This document shows, one piece after another, positions 18,165 through 28,169 of a stretch of 64,000 bases of DNA (positions within the stretch are counted from its first letter, which is position 1; each line of letters begins with the position of its first letter). The stretch is from the NCBI GenBank assembly GCA_016935365.1, contig JAFGRB010000138.1, positions 712 through 64,711 on the forward strand, read 5' to 3'. Both the position numbers and the translations under genes were made by a program. The DNA is from Deltaproteobacteria bacterium (GTDB lineage: Bacteria > Myxococcota > B64-G9). Below the pieces are notes generated by a model, which did not search any database, was not told the DNA's origin, and saw only the letters and a list, made by a program, of their open reading frames with translations.

Positions 18165-20057
18165 TTACTCCACGCAGACCGCGTCGTACTTGCAGACGTC
18201 CATGCAGACGCCGCACTTGATGCACTTGTCCTGGTCGATGACGTGGGGCTTTTTCTTCTCGCCGCTGATGCACTCCTGGGGGCACTTTCGAGCGCAGATC
18301 AAGCAACCGGTGCATTTCTCCGCGTCGATGGAGTAGCGGATGAGCGCCTTGCACACGCCGGCCCGGCACTTCTTGTTCCGGATGTGCTCCTCGTACTCCT
18401 CCCGGAAGTACTTCAAGGTCGACCGCAGGGGGTTGGGGGCCGTCTGACCCAGAGCGCACAGGGAGGCCTCGGCGATGGTCTCGCCGAGGTCCTGCAGCAG
18501 CGTCAGGTCGCCCTCGCGCCCCTTGCCCTCGCGGATGCGATCGATGATGATGCACAGCTGCTTGAGCCCCTCGCGGCAGGTGACGCACTTGCCGCAGGAC
18601 TCGTCCGCCAGGAAATGCAGGAAGTAGCCGGCGATGTCGACCATGCAGGTCGACTCGTCCATCACGATCATGCCGCCGGAGCCCATCATGGAGCCGACCT
18701 CGGTCAGGCGGTCGAAGTCCACCTCGAGATCGAGCTTCTCCTCGGGGATGCATCCGCCCGAAGGGCCGCCGGTCTGGACGGCCTTGAACTTCTTGCCGCC
18801 GATGATGCCGCCGCCGATCTCGTAGATGATGTGGCGCAGCGTCGCGCCCATGGGCACCTCGACGAGGCCGGTGTTGTTGACCTTGCCCACCAGGGCGAAG
18901 ATCTTGGTGCCCTTGGATCCGCCCCAGGGGTTGTCGGACACGTCGCCCGTGCCGATGCTCGTGAACCAGTCCACGCCCCGGTCGATGATCAGCGGGACGT
19001 TGGCCCATGTCTCGACGTTGTTGAGGTTGGTGGGCAGGTCGTGGAGCCCCGACTCCACCGTGTGGATGTGCTTGGCGCGCGGCTCGCCGACCTCGCCCTC
19101 GATCGAGGCCATCAAGGCGGTCGACTCGCCGCAGACGAAGGCCCCCCCGCCTTTGTTGATCCGGATGTCGAAGTCGAGCTCGGAGCCGAGGATCTTCTCT
19201 CCCAGCAAGCCCATCTCGCGGGCCTGCTCCAGCGCGATGCCCAGCCTCTCGACCGCCAGCGGGTACTCGTTGCGGATGTAGACGTAGCCCTTGGGCTTGC
19301 CGGGCATGCCGATCGCGTAGGCGCCGATGATCATCCCCTCGATCACCAGGTGCGGGTTGCCCTCCATGAGCGAACGGTCCATGAACGCGCCCGGATCGCC
19401 CTCGTCGGCATTGCAGATCACGTAGCGCACGCCGTCGGGGCTGTGCGCGGCGCGGCAGCTCTCCCACTTGACCCCGGCGGGAAAACCGCCACCGCCGCGG
19501 CCGCGCAGGCCGCTCGCCTTGACCGCCGCGCAGACCTCCTCGGGCTCCATCTCGTCGAGCACCTTGGCCAGGGCCCGGTAGCCGCCGATGGCCAGGTAGT
19601 CCTCGATGCGGGTCGGATCGATGAGCCCGTTGTTCGCGAGCAGGATCCGCTGCTGGTTCTTGTAGAAGGGCACGTCTTTCTCGTGCTCGTAGGTCTTGCC
19701 CCCGGCGTCCGCGTACAGGAGGCGCTCGATCACCTCGCCCGCCTGGACGGACTTTTCGATGATCTCGTCGACGTCGTCGAGCTGGACGCGCTGGTAGAAC
19801 GTGCCTTCGGGGTGGATGACCACCAGGGGACCGCGCTCGCAGAATCCGTGGCAGCCGGTCAGGCGCAGCGCGACCTCGCCCTCGAGGCCGTGCCCTTCGA
19901 TCGAGGAAGCGAAGGCCTCGGCCAGCTTCTTCGCGCCGTATGCGCAGCAGCCCGTGCCGGCGCAGACCGAGACCACTTTCTGCTCGGGATCCCTGGACGC
20001 GCCGATCTTCTCCTGCAGCGACAGGAGCTCTTTCGTGCTCTGGAGTCGTTTGGCCAT
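18165..20057 (-). CDS. nuoF: NuoF-family NADH/FMN-binding subunit of HydB/BfuB type
   Basis: N-terminal CAGTGC..GCHGFC [2Fe-2S] domain; [50 protein letters not shown]; C-terminal 2x[4Fe-4S] domain; symbol is family-level only. Confidence 0.93.
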   Translation of the reverse strand: MAKRLQSTKELLSLQEKIGASRDPEQKVVSVCAGTGCCAYGAKKLAEAFASSIEGHGLEGEVALRLTGCHGFCERGPLVVIHPEGTFYQRVQLDDVDEIIEKSVQAGEVIERLLYADAGGKTYEHEKDVPFYKNQQRILLANNGLIDPTRIEDYLAIGGYRALAKVLDEMEPEEVCAAVKASGLRGRGGGGFPAGVKWESCRAAHSPDGVRYVICNADEGDPGAFMDRSLMEGNPHLVIEGMIIGAYAIGMPGKPKGYVYIRNEYPLAVERLGIALEQAREMGLLGEKILGSELDFDIRINKGGGAFVCGESTALMASIEGEVGEPRAKHIHTVESGLHDLPTNLNNVETWANVPLIIDRGVDWFTSIGTGDVSDNPWGGSKGTKIFALVGKVNNTGLVEVPMGATLRHIIYEIGGGIIGGKKFKAVQTGGPSGGCIPEEKLDLEVDFDRLTEVGSMMGSGGMIVMDESTCMVDIAGYFLHFLADESCGKCVTCREGLKQLCIIIDRIREGKGREGDLTLLQDLGETIAEASLCALGQTAPNPLRSTLKYFREEYEEHIRNKKCRAGVCKALIRYSIDAEKCTGCLICARKCPQECISGEKKKPHVIDQDKCIKCGVCMDVCKYDAVCVE

Positions 20058-20061
20058 GGCG

Positions 20062-20526
20062 TCAGCCCTGCTCTTTCTTCAGATTCTTCATCACCCGCTC
20101 GAGCTTGGTGGGCGTGATGTTGCCGTGGTACTCCCCGTCCAGGATGACCAGGGGGCCCAGGGCGCAGGCGCCCACGCAGTTGACGGTCTCGAGGGTGAGC
20201 TTCATGTCCGCGGTCGTCTCTCCTGCCTTGACGTCGAAGTCGCGCCCGATCTGCTCCACCAGCTTCGGCGCGCCGCGCACGTGACAGGCGGTTCCCATGC
20301 AGACCGTGCAGATGTGCTTGCCGCGCGGCTTCAAGGAGAAGGCGGAGAAGAAAGTCGCCAGAGAGTAGATCCGCGACATCGGCACGCCGATGCGCTCCGA
20401 GACCCGTCCGAGGTCCTCCCGCGGCAGGTAGTTCTCTTCCTTCTGGATATCCATCAGGATGGCCAGCAGGGCAGACGGGTCGCGATCGTGCCTGTCGAGA
20501 ATGACGTTCAGCTTTGCGTCGTCCAT
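20062..20526 (-). CDS. nuoE: NuoE-family [2Fe-2S] subunit (HydC/BfuC type)
   Basis: [11 protein letters not shown] and [10 protein letters not shown]; symbol is family-level only. Confidence 0.93.
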   Translation of the reverse strand: MDDAKLNVILDRHDRDPSALLAILMDIQKEENYLPREDLGRVSERIGVPMSRIYSLATFFSAFSLKPRGKHICTVCMGTACHVRGAPKLVEQIGRDFDVKAGETTADMKLTLETVNCVGACALGPLVILDGEYHGNITPTKLERVMKNLKKEQG

Positions 20527-20549
20527 GCCTTCGGGCTCCTTGTCCGATC

Positions 20550-21479
20550 TCAGATCTTCCTGCCCTCACGGTTCTCGAGCTTGCGGTACTCCTCGGCCAC
20601 GCGCTTCTCGATCTCCGCGATCGTCTTCTCGTCGAGGTGCCGGAACCGGCCCTGCGGCTTGAGGTAATCCCGGAGCGGCTGCAGCTCGGGCGTGGGCACG
20701 GTGATCCGCAGCCGGCCGTCGACGATCTCGTACAGCGGGGCCACGCCGGTCCGGACCGCCTTGCGCCCGATGGCGATGGCCAGCTCGGGCGCCATGCGCC
20801 AGCCGGTCGGGCAAGCGGAGAAGATGTGCAGGTAGGCCGGGCCGCGGGCCGCGGCCGCCTTGCGCACTTTCTCGGCCAGGTCGAACGGGAAGCTCGGGTT
20901 GGCTGTGGCCACGTAGGGCACGTCGTGGGCGGCGACGATCAGCGGGACGTTCTTCTTCCAGGTCTGCTGGCCGATGCTCAGGCTGCCGGCCGGGGATGTC
21001 GTGGTGGAGGCGCCCATGGGTGTCGACGACGAGCGCTGGATGCCGGTGTTCATGTAGGCTTCATTGTCGTAGCAGATGTAGATCATGTCGTGGCCGCGCT
21101 CCATCGCACCGCTGAGCGCCTGGATGCCGATGTCCGCTGTGCCCCCGTCGCCGCCCATGCCGACGACCGTGATCCGCCGCTTGGGGAGCCGGCCCTTCTT
21201 CGCCAGGATGTCCAGGCCGGACTCGATGCCCGAGGCCACCGCCGCGGCGTTCTCGAAGGCCACGTGGATCCAGGGAACGCTCCAGGCCGTGTCGGGATAG
21301 GAAGACGAGATGATCTCCATGCAGCCGGTGGCCGAGGCGACCATCGTGTTGCGCCCCAGGATGCTGTGGACCATGCGGACGGCCAGGGCCTCGCCGCAGC
21401 CCTGGCATGCGCGGTGGCCGGAGACGAAGCGGTTTTCGGTGGGCCAGAGCCGCGCCGCGAACACGTTCAGCGATTCCAT
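20550..21479 (-). CDS. porB: Pyruvate/2-oxoacid:ferredoxin oxidoreductase beta subunit
   Basis: GHRACQGCG, ATGCMEI, TPP motif GGDGGTADIG..YDNEAYMNTGIQRS, CPTGW; start MESLNV at 21479 (or GTG 21485). Confidence 0.93.
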   Translation of the reverse strand: MESLNVFAARLWPTENRFVSGHRACQGCGEALAVRMVHSILGRNTMVASATGCMEIISSSYPDTAWSVPWIHVAFENAAAVASGIESGLDILAKKGRLPKRRITVVGMGGDGGTADIGIQALSGAMERGHDMIYICYDNEAYMNTGIQRSSSTPMGASTTTSPAGSLSIGQQTWKKNVPLIVAAHDVPYVATANPSFPFDLAEKVRKAAAARGPAYLHIFSACPTGWRMAPELAIAIGRKAVRTGVAPLYEIVDGRLRITVPTPELQPLRDYLKPQGRFRHLDEKTIAEIEKRVAEEYRKLENREGRKI

Positions 21480-21481
21480 GA

Positions 21482-22657
21482 TCACTCCCTCAGACCCACG
21501 AGCCGCGGCTCCGGCACCCGGCCGGTCTCGAGGGTATCGAACAGCGCGTCGAACATGGTGTCGAAGTCGGAGATGGGCACGTCGCGGCCTCCCAGCCCGG
21601 CCACGAACTCGACGACCCGCGGCCGCTGCTCGCGGTGGTAGAAGGCGGCCTTGATCTCCGAGGCCACCGGCCCGTAGGGCCCCCCGTAGGAGATGGCCCG
21701 GTCCATCACCCCGAGCACGGGCCTGCGGCCCACGGCGCGGTACAGGTCCTCGAAGGGGAAGGGCCTCCACAGCCGCAGCCGGAGCAGCCCGACTTTCTGC
21801 CCGCGCTCGCGGCGCAGGTCGACCGCCTCCATCGCCGTCTCGCCGAGCGCGCCCATGGTCAGCAGCAGCACCTCGGCGTCGTCGGCCCGGTAGGTCTCGA
21901 CCGGCTTGTACTCGCGGCCGAAGTGCTTGCCGAAAGCGTCCAGGGTCTCCACGATCGGCCCGTAGGCGTCGGTGAGCAGAACCTGCTGGACATGGTGGGT
22001 CTCGGTGTAGATGTCCGGGATGCCGACCGGGCCCATGCTGACCGGGGCGTCCACGTCGAGCCTGAGCAGCGGCTCGAAGGGCGGCAGGTACGCCTGGACC
22101 GTCTCCTTGTCCGGCATGAGCACCGGCTCGATCGTGTGGGAGAGGATGAAGCCGTCGAAGTTGACCATCACCGGCAGGCTGACCCGCCGGTCCTCCGCCA
22201 GCCGAAAGGCCCAGATGGTCAGGTCCAGGGCCTGCTGGGCGTTCTCGGCGAAGATCTGCACCCAGCCGATGTCGCGCTCGGCCATCACGTCGGAGTGATC
22301 GTTCCAGATGCTGATGGGCCCGCTCAGGCTCCGGTTGGCCACCGACATGACGATCGGCAGCCGGAGCGCCGGGGCGATGAAGAGGATCTCGTGCATCAGG
22401 GCCAGGCCCTGGCTGGCCGTGGCGGTGTAGGTCCTGGCGCCGACCGCGCTGGTCCCGCAGCAGACGGACATGGCCGAGTGCTCGCTCTCGACCGGCACGA
22501 AGTTGGCGTGCAGCTTGCCGTCGGCCACCAGCTCGGACAGGTGCTCGACGATGTGGGTCTGGGGCGTGATGGGGTAGGCGGCCACGATGTCCGCATCGCA
22601 GAGGCAGACGGCCTCGGCGATGGCGATCGACGCCTCCATGCCGGTGCGCGTTTCCAT
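21482..22657 (-). CDS. porA: Pyruvate/2-oxoacid:ferredoxin oxidoreductase alpha subunit
   Basis: AAYPITPQT, VESEHSAMS, TATASQGLALMHE, NFDGFILSH, RPFP, GLGGRD; ATG 22657 overlaps the porD stop. Confidence 0.94.
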   Translation of the reverse strand: METRTGMEASIAIAEAVCLCDADIVAAYPITPQTHIVEHLSELVADGKLHANFVPVESEHSAMSVCCGTSAVGARTYTATASQGLALMHEILFIAPALRLPIVMSVANRSLSGPISIWNDHSDVMAERDIGWVQIFAENAQQALDLTIWAFRLAEDRRVSLPVMVNFDGFILSHTIEPVLMPDKETVQAYLPPFEPLLRLDVDAPVSMGPVGIPDIYTETHHVQQVLLTDAYGPIVETLDAFGKHFGREYKPVETYRADDAEVLLLTMGALGETAMEAVDLRRERGQKVGLLRLRLWRPFPFEDLYRAVGRRPVLGVMDRAISYGGPYGPVASEIKAAFYHREQRPRVVEFVAGLGGRDVPISDFDTMFDALFDTLETGRVPEPRLVGLRE

Positions 22658-22965
22658 CAGTCCTCCTCCTCGACCATGCGGATGCAGCCCGTCGGGCATT
22701 CGTGGAGGCAGATCCCGCAGCCCTTGCAGTAGTCCAGGTCCGCGTTCGGATAGCCGTCCGGCTGGAACAGCACGCAGCCCTCGGGGCAGAAGATCACGCA
22801 CACGCCGCAGCGAATGCAGTGCTCGCTGTTCCAGACCGGCCGGGACGAGCGCCAATCGCCGGTCTTGTAGTAGCGGGCGCTGCCCGGCACGTCGATGGCC
22901 GAGCCGACGGCCAGCTCGGTCCACTTGGGCTTGGCGCTTTGTCTTCTCACTGGGCTTCCCTCCAT
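22657..22965 (-). CDS. porD: Pyruvate/2-oxoacid:ferredoxin oxidoreductase delta subunit
   Basis: KTGDWRSSRPVW, CIRCGVCVIFCP, DYCKGCGICLHECP. Confidence 0.93.
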   Translation of the reverse strand: MEGSPVRRQSAKPKWTELAVGSAIDVPGSARYYKTGDWRSSRPVWNSEHCIRCGVCVIFCPEGCVLFQPDGYPNADLDYCKGCGICLHECPTGCIRMVEEED

Positions 22966-22969
22966 GGCG

Positions 22970-23524
22970 CTAGACCGCGTCGACGAGGACGACTTCCTGC
23001 TGGGCTCGCTGGAAGGCCTGGATGTTCTTCGCGGCCAGGCGCCCGAAGCGGCTCTCGAACTGCTTCTCGAGGCTGGATGCCTCGACCAGGCCGACCGCGC
23101 GGACCAGCGCGCCGAGCATCGTGGTGTTGGTGATCACACGGCCGATCACCTCGCGCGCGATTCGGTTGGCATCCACGAGCGCGAGCTTGGCGACGATCCC
23201 GAAGTCCTTGCGGACCTCGTCGGCCGAACGGCTGGTGTTCAGGATCACGACACCATCTGCCACCAGCCCGTCGTCCACCTTAACCAGGCCGGGCAGCGCC
23301 GGGTCGAGCACCAGGACCGCGGTCGGCTCCTGGATGACGGTCCGGTTGCGGATCGGGCGGTCGGCCACCCGCGCGAAGGCCATCACCGGCGCGCCGCGCC
23401 GCTCGGGACCGAAAGAGGGGAAGGCCTGGGCGGACTTGCCCTCATCGATAGCGGCCTGGGCGAGCAGCTCGGCCGATGTGACCGCACCCTGACCGCCGCG
23501 TCCGTGGAATCGTACCTCGTGCAT
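22970..23524 (-). CDS. porC: Pyruvate/2-oxoacid:ferredoxin oxidoreductase gamma subunit
   Basis: EVRFHGRGGQGAVT, AFPSFGPERRGAPV, NTTMLGAL; ATG 23524 after GGAGGG. Confidence 0.94.
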   Translation of the reverse strand: MHEVRFHGRGGQGAVTSAELLAQAAIDEGKSAQAFPSFGPERRGAPVMAFARVADRPIRNRTVIQEPTAVLVLDPALPGLVKVDDGLVADGVVILNTSRSADEVRKDFGIVAKLALVDANRIAREVIGRVITNTTMLGALVRAVGLVEASSLEKQFESRFGRLAAKNIQAFQRAQQEVVLVDAV

Positions 23525-23572
23525 TTCGTCACCCTCCGCAGCGAGAACCGGCGGGCTAGAATTTTCGAGCAC

Positions 23573-23601
23573 TCCTTACTGCCGCGGTCTGTGGCTGTCA
23601 A
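23573..23601 (-). promoter_or_regulatory. Putative promoter of the por-bfu operon
   Basis: Minus strand TTGACA-N17-TAAGGA (perfect -35, weak -10). Confidence 0.4.
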
Positions 23602-23629
23602 GCAAAACCCATTCCGAGCAAGGAAATGC

Positions 23630-23659
23630 TTGACACCCCGAATCGGTGGCGGCTATAGT
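23630..23659 (+). promoter_or_regulatory. Sigma70-type promoter of mglBA
   Basis: TTGACA-N18-TATAGT. Confidence 0.7.
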
Positions 23660-23751
23660 GCGGCTCGCCGCCGCCCGGGTATCGAGCTGGATCCCGGCGC
23701 GCCTGGCATGACGGGGAAGTACGCGCCGGCGGCTCGGATTTGGAGGGTTGA

Positions 23752-24234
23752 ATGGTCAGTCCTCAGATGGTGATGTACGAGGAGGAGTACAACCAGATCA
23801 GCGCGATCTGCGATCGGCTCTACCGGGAAGCGAATGCCAAGGTCGTCTTCCTGGTCGACAAGAACGGGCAGCTGATCGCGAGCGCGGGCGAGGTGGAGAA
23901 CATCGACACCACCTCCCTGGCCTCCTTGACCGCGGGCAACATCGCGGCGACCGGCGGGTTGGCCAAGTTGATCGGAGAGAAGGAGTTCTCCATCCTTTTC
24001 CACGAAGGAGAGCGGGACAACCTGCACATCTCCATCGTGGCGGGCCGCGTGATCCTGGTCGTGATCTTCGACAACCGCTCATCGCTCGGGCTGGTCCGGC
24101 TTCGGGTCAAGAAGACGACGCACGATCTGACCCAGATCTTCGACAATCTGCTGCGCAAGATCGAGGACCCAGCCGCCGGTTCTCCCTTCGCGGAGATCAC
24201 CGACGAGGACATCGACAACCTGTTCAGCGACTAA
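23752..24234 (+). CDS. mglB: MglB roadblock/LC7 GTPase-activating protein
   Basis: ANAKVVFLVDKNGQLIA, DTTSLASLTAGNIAATGGLAKLIGE, SSLGLVRLR and the myxobacterial C-terminal helix SPFAEITDEDIDNLFSD. Confidence 0.97.
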   Translation: MVSPQMVMYEEEYNQISAICDRLYREANAKVVFLVDKNGQLIASAGEVENIDTTSLASLTAGNIAATGGLAKLIGEKEFSILFHEGERDNLHISIVAGRVILVVIFDNRSSLGLVRLRVKKTTHDLTQIFDNLLRKIEDPAAGSPFAEITDEDIDNLFSD

Positions 24235-24255
24235 GTGGGGCTCGAGGGCGAGATC

Positions 24256-24843
<588 letters not shown>

Positions 24844-24870
24844 AAGCCCCCGGAACGCCCGCTAAAAGCG

Positions 24871-24900
24871 TTGACAGGCAGGGAAGAATCTGGGCTAACT
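24871..24900 (+). promoter_or_regulatory. Possible internal promoter downstream of mglA
   Basis: TTGACA at 24871; only a weak -10 candidate (CTAACT at N18). Confidence 0.3.
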
Positions 24901-24981
24901 AGGGTCCACTGCGGATGGTTGGGCACGCTTTCGGGTGCTCCGGTCCATCGAGGGATGCCGTATCCCGGAGTGGAGGGATCC

Positions 24982-25764
24982 ATGAAATCCTCGCCATTGC
25001 GAATCGGGCTGATGGGACTCGCCTTCGCTGTCTTGACGTTCTCCGCTGCGCGCGCCCAGGACGAACCGGCCTCGGAGCCGCCTGCGGCGGGTCAGGACAG
25101 CGCCGGGACGCAGAAGGACGGTCCGGCGGCCAAGGAGGCGCCGGCGTCCGCCCCGACCGAGGGGACGCCGGCAGGAGCCGCTGAAGCGTCCACGGCCGGT
25201 GAGGCTTACGAGCTGAAGCTGCGGGGGCTCGAGGAGCGGGTCAACGAGCTGAAGGAGAAGATCTTCCGCACCAAGGCGCGGATCCTCCAGCTCCAGGAGA
25301 CCATGCTGACCGGGTCCATCGGAGCCGGTTCACGGGCCATCCTGGTCCACCGCAACGAGATGGGCGGCGCCTTCCGCCTGCTATCGGTCCAGTATGCGCT
25401 GGACACCCAGCCGATCTTCAAGAAGGTGGACGTGAGTGGAGATCTCGACGGGATCGACGAGAAGGAGATCTTCAGCGGCAACATCGTGCCCGGCAACCAC
25501 AACATCGCCGTCCAGATGGCTTTCCAGGGACAGGGCTTCGGCTTCTTCTCCTACGTCAAGGGTTACAAGTTCAAGGTGACGTCCAGCTACACCTTCACCG
25601 CGGAGGAGGGAAAGATCATCACGGTCAAGATCGTCGCCTTCGAGCGCGGCGGGATCACGACCAAGCTGGAGGAGCGTCCGGCCGTGCGATATGACCTCAA
25701 GATCGAGAAGCTCACACCGGACAGGGCCAAGACCCTGCAGGAGAAGGCCGAGGAAGCCAGTTGA
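24982..25764 (+). CDS. Secreted protein with coiled coil and beta-rich C-terminal domain (mglA-downstream hypothetical)
   Basis: GGAGGG RBS; signal peptide ..AARA; Ala/Pro/Glu linker; heptads LRGLEERVNELKEKIFRTKARILQLQE; beta-strand-rich C-terminus. Confidence 0.85.
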   Translation: MKSSPLRIGLMGLAFAVLTFSAARAQDEPASEPPAAGQDSAGTQKDGPAAKEAPASAPTEGTPAGAAEASTAGEAYELKLRGLEERVNELKEKIFRTKARILQLQETMLTGSIGAGSRAILVHRNEMGGAFRLLSVQYALDTQPIFKKVDVSGDLDGIDEKEIFSGNIVPGNHNIAVQMAFQGQGFGFFSYVKGYKFKVTSSYTFTAEEGKIITVKIVAFERGGITTKLEERPAVRYDLKIEKLTPDRAKTLQEKAEEAS

Positions 25765-28169
25765 GGCAGCTCGCGGGCAGGGCGCTCGTTCGAGCGCAAA
25801 GGCCGTCCTCGCGGCGCGGCTCGCCCGCTGCGCTGTGCGCGGTGTGGGTATGCGCCCTCGCCTCCCTGTGGGCGCCGCACACCCGCGCGGACATCGATGA
25901 CGACGTCGCCCGGGCGAAGAAGCAGATCCAGCTGCTCGAGAGCAAGACCGCCCTGGTCGAGACCGAGTACCTTTCGTTCAAACAAGCCGAGAAGGGCTCC
26001 CGTTACTTCGAGGAGCGGCTCAACGACGGCCAGTCGCTGATGCTGCTGAAGGACTATGTGCGGGCGGCCATCATCTTCCACGACCTGGTCGACGGAGGCC
26101 GCTACCGAGACCACCCGGGCTTCCCGGACGCGCTCTACAACCTGGGCGAGGCCTTGTTCTTCAACAAGAACTACATCGACGCGCGGAGCTACTACCGGGG
26201 CGTGATCGAGAGCGAACGCGGCAAGCCATACAGGCGGCTGGCCATGGTGCGCCTGATGCAGATCGCGCTCAACACGAACGACTTCGACAAGGTGGACGAG
26301 TATCACGACCGACTCGTCCAGGAGGCGATCTCCCCCGAGGGCCAGTACCTGTGGGGCAAGACCCTCTTCATGCGCAACCGGATGGAGGACGCCCACAAGG
26401 TGTTCTCCTCGCTCCAGCCTGGCCAGCCCTACTTTCTCCAGGCCCGCTACTACCTGGGCGTCGTCCTCATCCGCCAGGGCAAGCTCGAGGAGGCGCTCGC
26501 GATCTACGACGATCTCGTGCGACAGCCGACCAGGCGGGAGAAGGAGAAGGACGTGGTGGACCTCGCCCACATGGCACGCGGGCGGCTGCTCCACGACCTG
26601 GGGCGGGAGGAGAAGGCCCTGGACGCCTTCCAGGCGATTCCCCACACCTCCATCCATTTCGATGACGCCCTGATCGAGATCTGCTGGACGTACGTGAAGA
26701 TCGCCGAGCGCGCCGAGGCGCCCGAGGAGCGCAAGCGTTGGTTCACCGAGGCGTTTCGCACGCTCGAGATCCTGGAGGTCTCCACGCCCGACTCGACGCT
26801 GGTGCCGAGAGCCCGGCTGATGAAGGGCCACATCATGGAGAAGATGGGCGACTACGAGAAGGCGGTCGAGATCTTCGGCGCCGTGTCGTCCTCCTACTCC
26901 TCGATCAAGAAGGAGCTCGATGATCTCATCGCCCGCCACGAGGATCCGGTGCGCTACTTCAACGAGATCGCGGGCAAGAACCTCGAGTCCTTCGACCTCT
27001 CGGCCTACTTGCCGCCGGTGGCGGTCAAGTGGATGAGCCGCCAGGAGGAGATGAGCGCGGCGCTCGGGGTGATGAAGGACATCGACGTCGGCCGTCGCTT
27101 CGTCAAGGAGGCCAGGAGCCTGCTGAAGAAGCTCGACACCCTGCTGGCCGACAAACGGGATCGCATCAACCTCTTCCCGCTGCTGCGGGAGGGGGCCAAG
27201 CGCACCATCGAGGTGGACAATGCGCGGGTGATCCTGGAGCGCAACCTGGCCCACCTGGAGGAGCGGGTCGTGATGGAGTACCTCTCGGCGTCCGAGCGCA
27301 GGGCGATCGAGAAGGCGCGCCGGGACCGGGAGACGCTGGAGAAGAAGATCGAGGGTCTGCCCACGACGCGCAAGGCGATGGACACGCGGGAAGACCACAT
27401 CCGCCGGCGGATCGAAGGGCTGGAGCAGTCCGTCTACCAGTCGAGCATCGCCCTGAAGGGGATGAAGGCCCAGCTGACGGCCATGGATGAGTGGCTGCGA
27501 GAGCACGAGAAGGAACTCGCCGGCCGGGAGGAGGCGGTGCGCGACTTCCGGGAGGAGATCCGCCGCGGCTGGGCCATGGCCAACCAGCTCCAGAAGGATC
27601 TCGATCACCTCAACGAGAAGCTCGTCACCGAGCGAGCCCGCGCCGGCCTGGCCTCAGAGGCCCAGAGCAAGGAGGAGCAACTGCGCCGCGAGTACTCCGA
27701 CGCCCTGGCCCTGGAGCGAAAGCTCGCCGAGCAGATCCACGAGCGCCTGGGACCGGAGGGGACGGCGCATATCGCGGCCATCAACGAGATGCGGCTGCGG
27801 TCCGACAAGCTGCGGCGCAAGCTCGTCACCATCCGCGGCAAGCTGGACGCGATGGTGGATGTGGAGGCGAAGAAGCTCGTCGAGCAGGCCGCGGAGGAGA
27901 GGCGCAACCTGGAATCGTACGAGGCGGCGCTCGCAAAGTTGGAGAAGGAGTCGGAGATGCTCGCCGGCGAGGTGGCCTACAAGGCGCTCGAGGAGGTCCG
28001 CCAGCGTTTCTACCGGCTCGTGCTCGACGCCGACGTGGGCATCCTGGACGTGGCCTGGGGTCGCAAGCAGTCCACCACCAAGAAGATCTCCGAGCTCGGG
28101 CGCAAGCTGGGCGCGGAGCGCAAGCGGCTGTACGAGGAGTTCAAGGGTGTGCTCAACCAGGTCAACTGA
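25761..28169 (+). CDS. Secreted TPR + coiled-coil protein (GltC-like position)
   Basis: TPR signatures (DALYNLGEALF, QARYYLGVVLIRQGKLEEALAIY), long C-terminal coiled coil ending DADVGILDVAW; start codon uncertain. Confidence 0.85.
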   Translation: MRQLAGRALVRAQRPSSRRGSPAALCAVWVCALASLWAPHTRADIDDDVARAKKQIQLLESKTALVETEYLSFKQAEKGSRYFEERLNDGQSLMLLKDYVRAAIIFHDLVDGGRYRDHPGFPDALYNLGEALFFNKNYIDARSYYRGVIESERGKPYRRLAMVRLMQIALNTNDFDKVDEYHDRLVQEAISPEGQYLWGKTLFMRNRMEDAHKVFSSLQPGQPYFLQARYYLGVVLIRQGKLEEALAIYDDLVRQPTRREKEKDVVDLAHMARGRLLHDLGREEKALDAFQAIPHTSIHFDDALIEICWTYVKIAERAEAPEERKRWFTEAFRTLEILEVSTPDSTLVPRARLMKGHIMEKMGDYEKAVEIFGAVSSSYSSIKKELDDLIARHEDPVRYFNEIAGKNLESFDLSAYLPPVAVKWMSRQEEMSAALGVMKDIDVGRRFVKEARSLLKKLDTLLADKRDRINLFPLLREGAKRTIEVDNARVILERNLAHLEERVVMEYLSASERRAIEKARRDRETLEKKIEGLPTTRKAMDTREDHIRRRIEGLEQSVYQSSIALKGMKAQLTAMDEWLREHEKELAGREEAVRDFREEIRRGWAMANQLQKDLDHLNEKLVTERARAGLASEAQSKEEQLRREYSDALALERKLAEQIHERLGPEGTAHIAAINEMRLRSDKLRRKLVTIRGKLDAMVDVEAKKLVEQAAEERRNLESYEAALAKLEKESEMLAGEVAYKALEEVRQRFYRLVLDADVGILDVAWGRKQSTTKKISELGRKLGAERKRLYEEFKGVLNQVN

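Noticed and set aside
17405-20526. Respiratory complex I nuoEFG or an [FeFe]-hydrogenase
   Set aside because: No other nuo genes adjacent; NuoF-like subunit has HydB-type extra domains; the 247-aa subunit lacks H-cluster and molybdopterin domains
27487-28146. N-terminal 220-aa extension of the GltD-like ORF
   Set aside because: Overlaps the upstream TPR gene out of frame; GTG 28147 has an RBS and yields a signal peptide
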